Shown here piece by piece: positions 48,852 to 57,867 of a DNA stretch of 64,000 nucleotides. Source of the DNA: Gemmatimonadota bacterium. GTDB taxonomy: Bacteria > Gemmatimonadota > Gemmatimonadetes > Longimicrobiales > Gaopeijiaceae. The translations under genes and the position numbers were made by a program. The notes below the pieces were generated by a model that made no database searches, was not told the origin of the DNA, and worked only from the letters and a program-made list of their open reading frames with translations. The stretch spans positions 14,596 through 78,595 of the forward strand of contig JAPPGI010000186.1 of NCBI GenBank assembly GCA_028874985.1, written 5' to 3'. Positions within the stretch are counted from its first letter, which is position 1. Each line of letters begins with the position of its first letter.

Positions 48852-50540
48852 TCAGGTGGCCGTCGGGTTGCGGCCCGGCGGCCTTCCCCTTCCACCCGGC
48901 CGCCCGGCCTTGCGTCCGCCCGTCGGCCGCGGCTTGCCGCCCGGCCCCCTCCCTCCCGGTCGCCGGTCCTTCGCGCGGTCGTAGTCAACGCGCAGGCTGC
49001 GGCCCCCGAGGGTGACCCCGTTCAGGGCGGAGATGATTGTCCTGGCGTCGCCCTCCCGCACTTCGACGAGGGAATGGCTGTCCCGTACGTCGATCCGCCC
49101 GACCCTGCTCCCGGACACGCCCGACTGGTTGGTCAGGGCGCCGAGCAGGTCGCCCGGGCCGATATCGTCCCGCTTTCCCGCGGACACGAACAGGCGCACC
49201 CAGCTCTCGGGCGCCGCGCCTGCGGCCGCGCCCACCGTCGGCCTGGCCTCTTTCGCGCGCCCGCGGTCGAGGAGCAGCAGGGCCGCCGCCGCCACCTCGG
49301 CCGCCGTGAAGCGGTCCAGCAGCGACTCCACCAGGAGGTAGTAGGGGGTGATTTCGGGGGCGCGGGCCGCGTCGTACAGGCTGTCGGCCAGCTCGTCGAG
49401 GGTGGCCGAGACGCGGGGGAGGCGGGTGGGGCGGACCCGCTTGAGGCGGAAGCCGGCGTCCGCCGCGACCTCCTTCAGATGACCCAGTTCACGGACGGCC
49501 GCGAGGACCCAGGCGGGTCCGCCCTCGCCGTGCCGGGTGCGGGCCGGGACCGCTCCCGGTGGCACGGCGAAGGACAGGGTCGCCACGGTCGCGGGCTCCG
49601 CCACGGTCTCCAGGGACTCGCGTGCGGCTGCGTCCTCGCCCGGGGAGAGCCACACGGGCACGGACTCGTCTCCGGGCGGGCCGGAGCGATAGCCGTGGAT
49701 CGCGAGGAAGTCCCCCAGATCAGCGGCCTGGTCCGCCGACGCGGTGAAGACCAGGAGGTGGCGCACCGGCTCTGCCAGCAGGGCGGCCGCCAGCGCCAGC
49801 ACCGCTTCCGACCGGTCGCCCTCCGCCACGACCAGGTTCAGTTCGGCGGATCGCCCGTCGGTCGCTGCACCGCTCGAAGGCCCGGTTCCTCTCTTCTTGC
49901 CGGCGGTCGGTTTGCGCGCGGCGGGCCCTCCCGGCCGGTCGCGCCGTCCCGGCGGAACGGTCACGGCGCGGCGCGTGAAGCGTTCTGCCAGCGAGCGGAG
50001 CGCGGGACCGAAGGGGTGGCCGCAGAAGATCCGCTGGCACGCGCGGGGCAGTCCCGTCAAAAAGACCTCCATCTGGTCGGCCGGGACCGCCGCCACCACA
50101 CCGTCGCCGTCGTGCACGACGACCGCCTCCACGCGCCGAACATCGACGGATCGGTCGTAGAGGGCCCGGATCCGGTCGGCCGGCACGAAGAGGAAGTCGG
50201 CGCGCTCCGGGAGCACCCAGTGTTCGGCCAGCGCCGCCGCCCGCGCCCCCGAGGCCTCGCACAGCGCGGCCAACGACCGCGCCAGTTCGGTGGCCTGGCG
50301 GTGCCCCGGGCAGACCACCAGGCAGACGGGCGAGCCCTGGCCGCCGTGCAGCCGGTCCAGCAGCGGCGCGCCGTAGCCCACCAGGGTGCCGCCGCCCGGC
50401 CCGGCGCGTCCCATCAGGTCGTTGCCGCGCGCGATGACGGGGATCGCCGTGGCCTGGAAGGGCGTGGGGGTCTCGATCCCCTCGGCCGCGAGCGCCGCGA
50501 CGGTCTCGGGGCCCAGGGGAAGCTCGTCGAATGAGGTCAT
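48852..50540 (-). CDS. DEAD-box helicase-like protein with degenerate ATPase motifs and DbpA-type RNA-binding domain
   Basis: Q-motif-like TPTPFQATAIP. Motif I is replaced by AGPGGGTL (no Lys). Motif II DEAD is replaced by HDGD. No HRxGRxGR. The C-terminus WVRLFVSAGKRDDIGPGDLLGALT...RIDVRDSHSLVEV resembles the DbpA RBD and is followed by an Arg/Gly/Pro tail. Confidence 0.75.
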   Translation of the reverse strand: MTSFDELPLGPETVAALAAEGIETPTPFQATAIPVIARGNDLMGRAGPGGGTLVGYGAPLLDRLHGGQGSPVCLVVCPGHRQATELARSLAALCEASGARAAALAEHWVLPERADFLFVPADRIRALYDRSVDVRRVEAVVVHDGDGVVAAVPADQMEVFLTGLPRACQRIFCGHPFGPALRSLAERFTRRAVTVPPGRRDRPGGPAARKPTAGKKRGTGPSSGAATDGRSAELNLVVAEGDRSEAVLALAAALLAEPVRHLLVFTASADQAADLGDFLAIHGYRSGPPGDESVPVWLSPGEDAAARESLETVAEPATVATLSFAVPPGAVPARTRHGEGGPAWVLAAVRELGHLKEVAADAGFRLKRVRPTRLPRVSATLDELADSLYDAARAPEITPYYLLVESLLDRFTAAEVAAAALLLLDRGRAKEARPTVGAAAGAAPESWVRLFVSAGKRDDIGPGDLLGALTNQSGVSGSRVGRIDVRDSHSLVEVREGDARTIISALNGVTLGGRSLRVDYDRAKDRRPGGRGPGGKPRPTGGRKAGRPGGRGRPPGRNPTAT

Positions 50541-50580
50541 CGGGGCGTGAGGTGGGGCGGTGGGGCGGGGGTTGCGGCTG

Positions 50581-50883
50581 CTAGCCCGGGTCGCCCGAGC
50601 CCGGTCCGCCGGCGTCCCCGTACTCGTAGGGGAGGTGGTTCAGGAAGCGTTGGATCTCGTAGTCCATGCGCGAGGTGCGGAGCCGGTCGGTGCGGGCCGT
50701 CACGTCGGTGAAGGGGCCGTGACGGTGGGCGGTAAGGATCACGGTGCCCTCCCTGCCGGTGTAGGTGGCCCCGTGCGAGGATTCCCTGGACCTGCTCAGG
50801 CCGATGTGGACCGGCAGGTGTTTCTCGGCACGGGCCAGGACTTCCGCCGGACCGAGCGCCGTCTTTCTTTCGTATCCCGCCAT
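50581..50883 (-). CDS. hypothetical protein
   Basis: ATG at 50883 after GGGGAG. 100 aa. Located between the DsbA-like and helicase-like genes on the same strand. Confidence 0.45.
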   Translation of the reverse strand: MAGYERKTALGPAEVLARAEKHLPVHIGLSRSRESSHGATYTGREGTVILTAHRHGPFTDVTARTDRLRTSRMDYEIQRFLNHLPYEYGDAGGPGSGDPG

Positions 50884-50894
50884 GGCTGGCTCCC

Positions 50895-51509
50895 CTACTC
50901 CCCTGTCGTTGTCGTGAGCGCGTTTCCGATCCATCGCCTCCACTCGTCGAGCGCCTCCGGGGCGGCAAGTCCCTGCAGGCGCAGGTCGCCGGCGACCAGG
51001 GCCGGAACCTCGGCCACCTCGAGCCCGCGGGCCGAGTCCCGATGCTCCAGGACGATCCCGGAGTAGCGGTCCAGATCGAGCGCGATCCTGGCCTCGGTGC
51101 GGTCCAGCCCGGCGCGGTACGCGATGTCAACCAGCAAATCTATGCGCCCGATGTCGATCCGGTCGACGAAGTGGGCGTGGAAGATCGCGCGCCGGACTTC
51201 GTGGTAACAATCGCTCTCGCGGGCCAACTCGGCCAGTTCGTGGGCCTTGCGGCTCCACGGGACCATGTGCGGGATCTCCATGGGAATGCCCAGTTCACCG
51301 GCGTGGACCGCCGCCCGGGTCCGGCGGGCCTGCCAGACGGGATCGCGCGGGTCGATCATGGAGCGCGGTGGCGGGCGGAGTTCGAACCCGCGCCACTCGA
51401 CGGCCCCGGCGGCCCCGGCCGCGTCGATCAGATGGGCCGCGACGAGGGAGCCGGGATCGACGAAATCGAAGAAGAAAACCGGCTCCGCCACAAACGGGGG
51501 GAAGGCCAT
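50895..51509 (-). CDS. DsbA-like thioredoxin-fold protein (2-hydroxychromene-2-carboxylate isomerase/FrnE-like, no CxxC)
   Basis: VFFFDFVDPGSLVA at the position of the CxxC motif. The alpha-helical insert and PALVAGD are typical of the family. Confidence 0.65.
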   Translation of the reverse strand: MAFPPFVAEPVFFFDFVDPGSLVAAHLIDAAGAAGAVEWRGFELRPPPRSMIDPRDPVWQARRTRAAVHAGELGIPMEIPHMVPWSRKAHELAELARESDCYHEVRRAIFHAHFVDRIDIGRIDLLVDIAYRAGLDRTEARIALDLDRYSGIVLEHRDSARGLEVAEVPALVAGDLRLQGLAAPEALDEWRRWIGNALTTTTGE

Positions 51510-51777
51510 GCGACTCCAGCGGGACGAGGATGCGGATTCGCACTCAGCCTAACGCACCGGGTGCCACCGCGCACGCGGCTTGTTGGAGCCGGAATCCTCC
51601 TGTTCGAGCCGGCGGGGTCGCGGACGAGGCCCGCCCGGCATTCGAGCTCGGGGGGTTGCCAGCCGCACTCCCGCGGACCGATTGTCCGACTCGGCCCCTC
51701 CGCATTCCAATGGGCTCCGGCTCCAATCCGCCGGCCGGACCAGGCCGCCCCTGGGCAAACCCCGTCAGGACCTACCC

Positions 51778-52965
51778 GTGACCTACTCCGAGAACATCGC
51801 AAGACTGCAGCCCTCGGCCACGATAGCGGTGAGCACGCTGGCCAAGAAGCTGGCCGCCGAAGGCCGCGACATCGTCAACCTGAGCGCGGGCGAGCCCGAC
51901 TTCCGCACCCCGGCCGGCATCGCGGAGGCGGGCGTCACGGGCATCCGCCGGGGGCGCACCCGCTACACCCCCTCCGCGGGCCTTCCCGAACTCCGGGCCG
52001 CGGCCGCCGCCTACATGACCCGTGGGACTTCCTACCCGGCCGAAGCGGCCCGCGTGGTGGTATCCGCGGGGGCGAAACAGTCGCTCTTCAACGCCTGCTT
52101 CTGCCTTTTTGGGCCCGGCGACGAGGTGCTCATCGGGTCGCCGTACTGGACCTCCTACCCCGAGATGGTGACCCTGGCCCGTGCCGAGCCCGTGCCGGTG
52201 GCGGGGAGCGAGAGCCGCGGCTTCAACCTCACGCCGGACGACCTGGAGGCGGTGGCGACCCCCCGAACCCGGGGGTTGATCCTGTCGACGCCTTCGAATC
52301 CGACCGGCGCCGTGTATTCCAAGGCGGAACTGGGCGCAATAGCGGGGTGGGCCGGGTCGCGCGGCGTAACCCTGATCAGCGACGAGATCTACCAGGAGAT
52401 CTACTACGGCGAGGGAGACCGCGCCCCCGGCGCCCTCGACCTGGATCCGGACTCGGTGGGCGACCTGGTCGTCGCGAACGGGATGTCGAAGGCCTTCGCG
52501 ATGACCGGCTGGCGGGTCGGCTTCTCCTACACGACGCGCGAACTGGCCGCGAAGATGTCGGCGCTGCAGAGCCACGTGTCGCTGAACGCGGCGACTCCCT
52601 CGCAGGTGGCGGCTCTCGAGGGCCTCACCCGGGGCGAGGAGGGCGCGGCCGATCTGGCCCGCATGCAGGCCGCGTTCCGCCGCCGCCGCGACCTGGTCAC
52701 CCGCCTCTTCGACGAGCTGCTCCCGGACTGCTTCTACGTCCGCCCCGAGGGCGCCTTCTACCTGTACTTCCGCGTCGACCACCTCTTCGACGGCGAAGTG
52801 ACCTGCGCCGGCGACCTCTGCACGCGCATCCTGGAGGAGGCCGGTGTGGCGATCGTGCCGGGCGAGGCGTTCGGCGACCCGCGCTTCGCCCGCATGAGCA
52901 CCGCCTCGTCGGACGAGGACATCGAGGAGGGCGTGCGGCGCATGGCCGGCGTGCTCGGTGGATGA
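51778..52965 (+). CDS. class I/II pyridoxal-phosphate-dependent aminotransferase (aspartate aminotransferase-like)
   Basis: GTG at 51778 in ORF 51580..52965. Contains LSAGEPDF, SNPTGAVY, SKAFAMTGWRVG (PLP lysine) and FARMS. Confidence 0.85.
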   Translation: MTYSENIARLQPSATIAVSTLAKKLAAEGRDIVNLSAGEPDFRTPAGIAEAGVTGIRRGRTRYTPSAGLPELRAAAAAYMTRGTSYPAEAARVVVSAGAKQSLFNACFCLFGPGDEVLIGSPYWTSYPEMVTLARAEPVPVAGSESRGFNLTPDDLEAVATPRTRGLILSTPSNPTGAVYSKAELGAIAGWAGSRGVTLISDEIYQEIYYGEGDRAPGALDLDPDSVGDLVVANGMSKAFAMTGWRVGFSYTTRELAAKMSALQSHVSLNAATPSQVAALEGLTRGEEGAADLARMQAAFRRRRDLVTRLFDELLPDCFYVRPEGAFYLYFRVDHLFDGEVTCAGDLCTRILEEAGVAIVPGEAFGDPRFARMSTASSDEDIEEGVRRMAGVLGG

Positions 52966-53734
52966 GTCCACCCCTGTCCCGATCGTCCACGGAGCCGTGC
53001 GAAGCATGGGGAAGGTGCCGAATGGTGAAGGGAGGGGGGGAGGAGGGGATACGGGCGCGGTGGAGGCGGTCGTGAGCGGCGCGCCCGCGCCCTCGACCCT
53101 CGACCACGAAGGACTGGACCGGTACGTACGCCGCCTCTTCGCTCCCGAGGACGACTGCCTGCGCGCGATACGCGCCCGGGCCGACGAGGCGGCCCTACCG
53201 GCGATCCAGCTCCCCCCCGCCACAGCACGCGCAGTGCAGATCCTGGTGCGTGCGATCGGGGCGCGCCGCGTTCTCGAGATCGGCACCCTGGCCGGGTACT
53301 CGGCGGTGTGGATCGCGCGGGCGCTGCCCGCGGACGGCAGGCTGCTGACGCTCGAGATCGACCCGGACCGCGCCGCGGTGGCCCGCCGATCCGTGGAGGA
53401 CGCCGGGGTGGGAGCGCGGGTCGAGATGCGGGTGGGCGACGCGCTCGAACTGATGGCCGCGATGGACCCGCAACCCCCCTTCGACGCGATCTTCCTCGAC
53501 GCCGACAAGGAGCGGTACTGCGAATACCTCGAGCAGGCGGCGCGGCTGGTTCGCCCGGGTGGCCTGCTGCTGGCGGACAACGCCTTCTGGCGCGGGGGCG
53601 TGCTGGATCCGGCGGAGTCCGACGAGCTGGCCGCGCACATCCACCGCTTCAACGAGCGGGTGGCCGCCGACCCGCGCTTTGAGGCCACCATCCTGCCGGT
53701 GGGCGACGGGTTGATGGTCGCGGTGCGGAGGTAG
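52958..53734 (+). CDS. class I SAM-dependent O-methyltransferase (caffeoyl-CoA OMT-like)
   Basis: VLEIGTLAGYSAVWIA (SAM motif I), FDAIFLDADKERY, and GGLLLADNAFWRG. The start is uncertain (the first about 40 codons are unusual). Confidence 0.75.
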   Translation: MDESTPVPIVHGAVRSMGKVPNGEGRGGGGDTGAVEAVVSGAPAPSTLDHEGLDRYVRRLFAPEDDCLRAIRARADEAALPAIQLPPATARAVQILVRAIGARRVLEIGTLAGYSAVWIARALPADGRLLTLEIDPDRAAVARRSVEDAGVGARVEMRVGDALELMAAMDPQPPFDAIFLDADKERYCEYLEQAARLVRPGGLLLADNAFWRGGVLDPAESDELAAHIHRFNERVAADPRFEATILPVGDGLMVAVRR

Positions 53735-53874
53735 CTTCGATGGATCGCAATCGCAGTCTTTTCCAACCCGGATATGAGCATGAACGGGGCAGTGAGAGGT
53801 GGCGGAGGCGCGGGAGGTCGTCCCGGATCGCCGCACGGAGGTGCGCCCCGTTTCCGTGGCATGTTTGGAGGATT

Positions 53875-53906
53875 ACGCGGCCCACATCGTCACGCGGCCC
53901 ACATCG
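53875..53906. repeat. 15-nt direct repeat ACGCGGCCCACATCG x2 (17-bp period)
   Basis: Copies at 53875..53889 and 53892..53906, about 135 bp upstream of the interrupted beta-propeller gene. Confidence 0.9.
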
Positions 53907-54039
53907 GCTCGCGAGATCCGGGGGGGGCGTTACCTTGGATTGAAGGTGTGACGGGGCGAGGACCCCGGAGGCAACAGGTACACTCCAGCGGTTGCGGACA
54001 TCGAGTCCGCCCCGGTCCTGGGAGGCGGATAGGCCGGTC

Positions 54040-54650
54040 GTGTTTTCCCGACGCATCCTCCTCCTGACTCTGTCTTTTTCGACCGCCTGTGGCGACCAAC
54101 CGCCAGAGCCGGTCCGCACGCCGCCCACTTCGGTGAGCTACCAGGGGTTCCGCATCCAAGTTCATGTGCTCCTTGCGGACGGGAGCTTCCTGGGGGTGCC
54201 GGAGATGTCGCTCAGCATTCGATTCGGGCTTTGGGGGAACGATCCCATCCACACCACAACGGTGCTCCGGGTCCGCCAGTCCGAGCAGGGTTGGCTACAG
54301 GAAGAGGTGCTGACGTACAACAGCCGCAACGCCACCCTTCGGATTCCCGTCAACGACGGCAGCTACTTTGCGAGGCAACCCTACTCCGATGCGGACTGGC
54401 GCCGGTTTGACCGCGAGACAGGCGCCGTGCTGCTGGGCGTGCGTACGGGAGAGGAGCTCCGTCCAGGCGAGGCGGACATGATTGAAGTGAGCGCATCGGG
54501 TGACACGGTCTGGCGGCGTCGCGTGGCGTTGGCGCCCGTCAGGCTTACGCGGACTCTGTTGGAGCCGACGCTCGACAGCCTGGAGTCTGTTGTAAATCGA
54601 ACAGGAGGCAGCCGGACCCGGCTCCGCCCGTGACCTGGCCGAGGAAGTAC
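54040..54650 (+). pseudogene. 6-bladed beta-propeller family lipoprotein, 5' portion (interrupted by TnpB IS)
   Basis: GTG at 54040 after GGAGG gives MFSRRILLLTLSFSTACGD. IEVSASGDTVWRRRVALAPVRLTRTLLEPTLDSL parallels LEIRADGDTAWQRRIATPPVSLTREQVDGTIDNL in the msrQ-fused paralogue. A further frame change occurs before the IS (ARDLAEEVL is in another frame). Confidence 0.6.
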
Positions 54651-55981
54651 TTGGGGATTATACCCCTGACTTGACGGGATTTGCGAACTGTGACTGATGA
54701 TCGCATATTGAATGGAGAACGCCGGATCGGGATATGCGGTCCCTCACCGGCGCCTACCACGAACGAGGAAGCGTTCATGGCCTCCGAATCCAAGCTGGTC
54801 ACCCGGACCGTCACCCGCAAGGCGTACCTGTCGAAGGCGGGCCACCGGAACCTGTCGGAACTTTTCGGGCAACTCACTTGGCTGTGGAACATCGCGCTCC
54901 ACCGGAGGAAGCAGGCATGGATCGAGCGTGAGGAGTCGGTCAGCTACTACGACCAGTGCAAGATGCTGACGAAGGCACGGCGCGACCCGGTGTGGAGCCG
55001 GTTCCCGGTCATGGCCCAGCGGAGCGTCCTCCAACGCCTCGACCGCGCCTACGGGCGGTTCTTCGACCGGGTGAAGGCCGGTGGCGAGAAACCCGGGCAC
55101 CCGCGCTTCAAACCGGGCGACCGGGGGATCCGCAGTTTCGAGGTGACCACGCCTGTCAGGACCAACGGCAGGTGGTCGTGGGTGGTGGTGAAGGGCGTGG
55201 GCCGGATACGGTTCCGGGGCGGGCCGCCGGAGGGCGGGGTGAAGCTGATCCGGGTCTGCCACACCGCGCGCAGGGTGAAGGTCCAGCTGGTGGTCGAGCG
55301 ACAGATCGAAGTCTCCCCCGACCGGCGCCCCACGGTGGGCCTCGACATGGGCATCAGGGCGCGGGTGGCCCTGTCCACGGGCGAGTCGGTGCCCGGCGTC
55401 AAACTGGACCGGCGCGAACTCAAGCGGCGGCAGAGGCGGTTGAGCAGGGCGCGGCGGGGCAGCCGCAACCGGGGGAAGCGGAAGGCCGAGCTTGCGCGCG
55501 AATGGCAGCGCGTCCGGGACCGGGAGCACGGCGCGCTCCATGAAATCACCGCGGCCATCGTCCGCGACCACTCGGCCAATCTGGCGGTCGAGGACTTGCG
55601 GATACCGAACATGGTGCGGAACCGGCGTCTGGCCCGCGCCATCCACGAACAGCAATGGGGCGCCATCGTCCGAATGCTGGGCTACAAGGCTGAAAGCGCC
55701 GGTGGCTCGGTCACGACGGTCGCCCCCCACCATACGTCGCGTGAATGCAGCGGGTGCGGACGGCACCGGGACATGCCGCTCGGCATCCGAGTCTACCGCT
55801 GCACCGCCTGCGGACTGGTCATGGACCGGGACGTGAACGCGGCAAGGAACGTGCTCCAGAGGGCCTTTGGCCTGAATCCGGGCGGGGATCCCCCGGAACG
55901 CGCGGAGCACCACCGGAGAGCGGGCGCAGTCCTGCCCGCAAGTGCGTAGAACCATGCGTCAAGATAGGCGTATAATCCCCA
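54651..55981 (+). mobile_element. TnpB-only IS200/IS605-family element (IS1341-like, no tnpA), 1331 bp
   Basis: Left end TTGGGGATTATACCCCTGACTTGAC (54651..54675). The reverse complement of the right end (55957..55981) is TTGGGGATTATACGCCTATCTTGAC. Each end contains a small hairpin GGGG-ATTATA-CCCC. The flanking host gene halves align to paralogues on both sides. TAC is present on both flanks. Confidence 0.85.
54777..55949 (+). CDS. tnpB: RNA-guided endonuclease TnpB (IS200/IS605 OrfB)
   Basis: 390 aa. RuvC-I GLDMGI, RuvC-II LAVEDL, zinc ribbon CSGCG...CTACG, and RuvC-III DRDVNAARNV all appear intact. Confidence 0.9.
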   Translation: MASESKLVTRTVTRKAYLSKAGHRNLSELFGQLTWLWNIALHRRKQAWIEREESVSYYDQCKMLTKARRDPVWSRFPVMAQRSVLQRLDRAYGRFFDRVKAGGEKPGHPRFKPGDRGIRSFEVTTPVRTNGRWSWVVVKGVGRIRFRGGPPEGGVKLIRVCHTARRVKVQLVVERQIEVSPDRRPTVGLDMGIRARVALSTGESVPGVKLDRRELKRRQRRLSRARRGSRNRGKRKAELAREWQRVRDREHGALHEITAAIVRDHSANLAVEDLRIPNMVRNRRLARAIHEQQWGAIVRMLGYKAESAGGSVTTVAPHHTSRECSGCGRHRDMPLGIRVYRCTACGLVMDRDVNAARNVLQRAFGLNPGGDPPERAEHHRRAGAVLPASA

Positions 55982-55997
55982 ATACCTGCCCGCGTTC
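55800..55997 (+). ncRNA. predicted TnpB omega/reRNA region (3' end of tnpB through right end, guide reading into flank)
   Basis: By analogy only. In characterised TnpB elements the guide RNA scaffold overlaps the tnpB 3' end and right end, and the guide is the about 16 nt beyond the right end (here TACCTGCCCGCGTTCC, 55982..55997). Boundaries are not determinable by eye. Confidence 0.3.
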
Positions 55998-56237
55998 CGG
56001 TCGTTCATGCTGTCGGCGTCCTCCGGGCAGGTGTGGCCCCAGAGCCAGGAACGCGTGGACACACTGGCCGTCTGGTATACTATCGAGCGCGGCGACACGC
56101 TGACGCCCCCCCGGCGCGTGTTGCTGCCCGAGCCGCTCAAAGTGCACGACGCGAACGCCACCCACGTCTGGGGCGTGTGGGAGGACGAGTTGGGCGTCAA
56201 CTATGTCGTGGGGCGTAGGCTGGTGCCGCCGTCGTAG
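55982..56237 (+). pseudogene. 6-bladed beta-propeller family lipoprotein, 3' portion (downstream of TnpB IS)
   Basis: YLPAFRSFMLSASSGQVWPQ aligns with YIPDPLPGARSVHGTASGEVWFR of the msrQ-fused paralogue. It ends HVWGVWEDELGVNYVVGRRLV, like the LYGxTxDExG..VVR tails of the other copies. Confidence 0.6.
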
Positions 56238-56296
56238 GGCCGCCAACGACTTGCTGCGGTGCGGTTCCCCAGCAGGAGGATGAGGTGCGCGGGAGG

Positions 56297-56764
56297 CTAT
56301 TCGCCGGCCGAGGACCGGCGGCGGGCGCGCTGCCGACGGGTACGGCTGTCGGCGTCCGTCGGCGTGGAGGGGTCGAGGACCGGAATGCCTGTCGGCTCGA
56401 AGTGGCGGGTGTTGCGGGTGACGACGGTCAGGCCGTGTTCGAGGGCCGTTGCCGCGATGAGGAGGTCGGGGTCTGCGTTCCCGGCTTGCTGGGAGAGCCG
56501 GCCCCAGCGCCGCGCCACCGGGAGGTCGACAGGGAGGATGCGGTTGCCGTAGTGGCGCAACACGGCGTCCAGCCAATCTTCCAATCGAGCCGCAAAGGTC
56601 GCATCCCGGACCTCGACTGCGGCAAGGCCCCGCTCGATCTCTCCGATGGAGACAACGCTGAGGTAGAGGTCGGTGTCCCGTTGGTCGGCAATCCACCGTG
56701 CAACCTCGGGATTCCGTTCGCGTTTCCGCAGAGCGGACAGCACGTTGGTGTCGATGAGGTACAT
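56297..56764 (-). CDS. vapC: type II toxin VapC (PIN domain ribonuclease, FitB-like)
   Basis: MYLIDTNVLSAL (first acidic residue), then SVVSIGEIERG, IAATALEHGLTVVTRNTRHF. Confidence 0.85.
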   Translation of the reverse strand: MYLIDTNVLSALRKRERNPEVARWIADQRDTDLYLSVVSIGEIERGLAAVEVRDATFAARLEDWLDAVLRHYGNRILPVDLPVARRWGRLSQQAGNADPDLLIAATALEHGLTVVTRNTRHFEPTGIPVLDPSTPTDADSRTRRQRARRRSSAGE

Positions 56765-56777
56765 GTGCGAGCGGGCC

Positions 56778-57032
56778 CTACAGGTCAACGTCCCGGGGCG
56801 TTACGTCGAGGCGTTCGAATTCCCCGTCGTCCTGCGGAATCGCCAGCAGCATCTCCGCGAGGGTGGGGGCGTTCGCTTCTTCGAGGTGGCGAAGGCGGTC
56901 GTACTCGTCGGCCGCCACGACCACAACGGCGGGCTTCCCATGCCGGGTCACCCGCTGGGGGTATCCGGCGATGGCCTCCCGGACCACGGCGCTGAAACGG
57001 TTCTTCGCGTCCTGCAGCTTCCATTCGGTCAT
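56778..57032 (-). CDS. Phd/YefM-type antitoxin
   Basis: MTEWKLQDAKNRFSAVVREA...GKPAVVVVAADEYDRL. Lies 13 nt upstream of vapC. The ORF also offers an earlier start at 57062. Confidence 0.8.
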   Translation of the reverse strand: MTEWKLQDAKNRFSAVVREAIAGYPQRVTRHGKPAVVVVAADEYDRLRHLEEANAPTLAEMLLAIPQDDGEFERLDVTPRDVDL

Positions 57033-57082
57033 GTCGGGCGTCTCTGATGGCATGGCGTTCAATGCGATGAATCGGCATAAAC

Positions 57083-57120
57083 CTGGCTAGAAAATCTGTC
57101 TAGCCTAATTTAATAGCCAG
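57083..57120 (-). promoter_or_regulatory. candidate toxin-antitoxin operator/promoter (three GGCTAG/CTAGCC half-sites in AT-rich DNA)
   Basis: CTGGCTAG (57083..57090), CTAGCC (57100..57105) and TAGCCAG (57114..57120) form nested inverted repeats immediately upstream of the antitoxin start. TA antitoxins commonly autoregulate at such palindromes. Confidence 0.35.
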
Positions 57121-57183
57121 AATGGGTTGGTCAAGGCTCACGCGGTGATTTGGCCACCGCGCTCCGCGAAGCCTCCCATGAAT

Positions 57184-57762
57184 TCAGACCCCTTCCGACA
57201 CCTCCCGGATCCGAAGGACGAGCGCGTGCTCCACATCGAGCGAATCGCGGCCAACGGCAAGGACTTCCCTGTTCCGAAGAGAGTGAAGCTCCGTGGCGCG
57301 GCCGAGTTTGAAGGTGCCGAGGGTCCCGTCCTGGCCGAGGAGGGACCACTCGACAACGTCGGCCGAACCGGGCGCGAAGTGCTGGATGAGGGTCTCGGAT
57401 CCGTCGGTGATCACCACCTCGCAGAAGGGCCGGGGGACTGAGTCGCCCCTGGTGTCCATACCCGACACGCCCTGGAATTCACCCGGGCCCTCCCCCAGCC
57501 GGCAGCCGCGTGTCGGCGGCTGTGTAGAGCGTCGCGAAGGGACGCGCCGGTGGCCGCAGCCGGTGGTCGCGGATGTGCGGCCCGTGCGGTGCTGCTGTGC
57601 GATCAGGCGGGTCAGCTGGGCGCCCGAGTAGCCGGTGACCTTGGCGAGATGCCTCCTGACCAGGCCCTTCCCGCCCCTCGACAGGCTCGCACCCCAGCTC
57701 ATCCTCACTTCCCGTCGGAAACCGGCTTCCCGCTCATGCTCATTTCTCATTGGACAACGCAA
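57184..57762 (-). pseudogene. composite debris: DDE-type transposase N-terminal fragment joined to a beta-propeller family fragment
   Basis: KGLVRRHLAKVTGYSGAQLTRLIAQQHRTGR resembles the HTH N-terminus of an integrase-core transposase family. The same ORF then reads GEGPGEFQGVSGMDTRGDS..., the propeller family motif, and stops after about 105 aa. Confidence 0.35.
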
Positions 57763-57867
57763 TCGCTTGGCGGAGCGGCGACCGGGAGTTACGTTGGACG
57801 GCCCTCCTTGTCAATCGCCCGCCACCAGCAGCGGACCCCAGCACCGAATCGGGTCCTCCAGCCAATT

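Noticed and set aside
54651-55981. Interpretation of the similar inverted ends as classical terminal inverted repeats of a DDE transposon with a 3-bp TAC target duplication
   Set aside because: The only gene is tnpB, and each end folds into a small hairpin, as in IS200/IS605 elements. Removing a TAC duplication does not restore the host reading frame. I therefore treat TAC as a possible target/TAM motif rather than a proven duplication.
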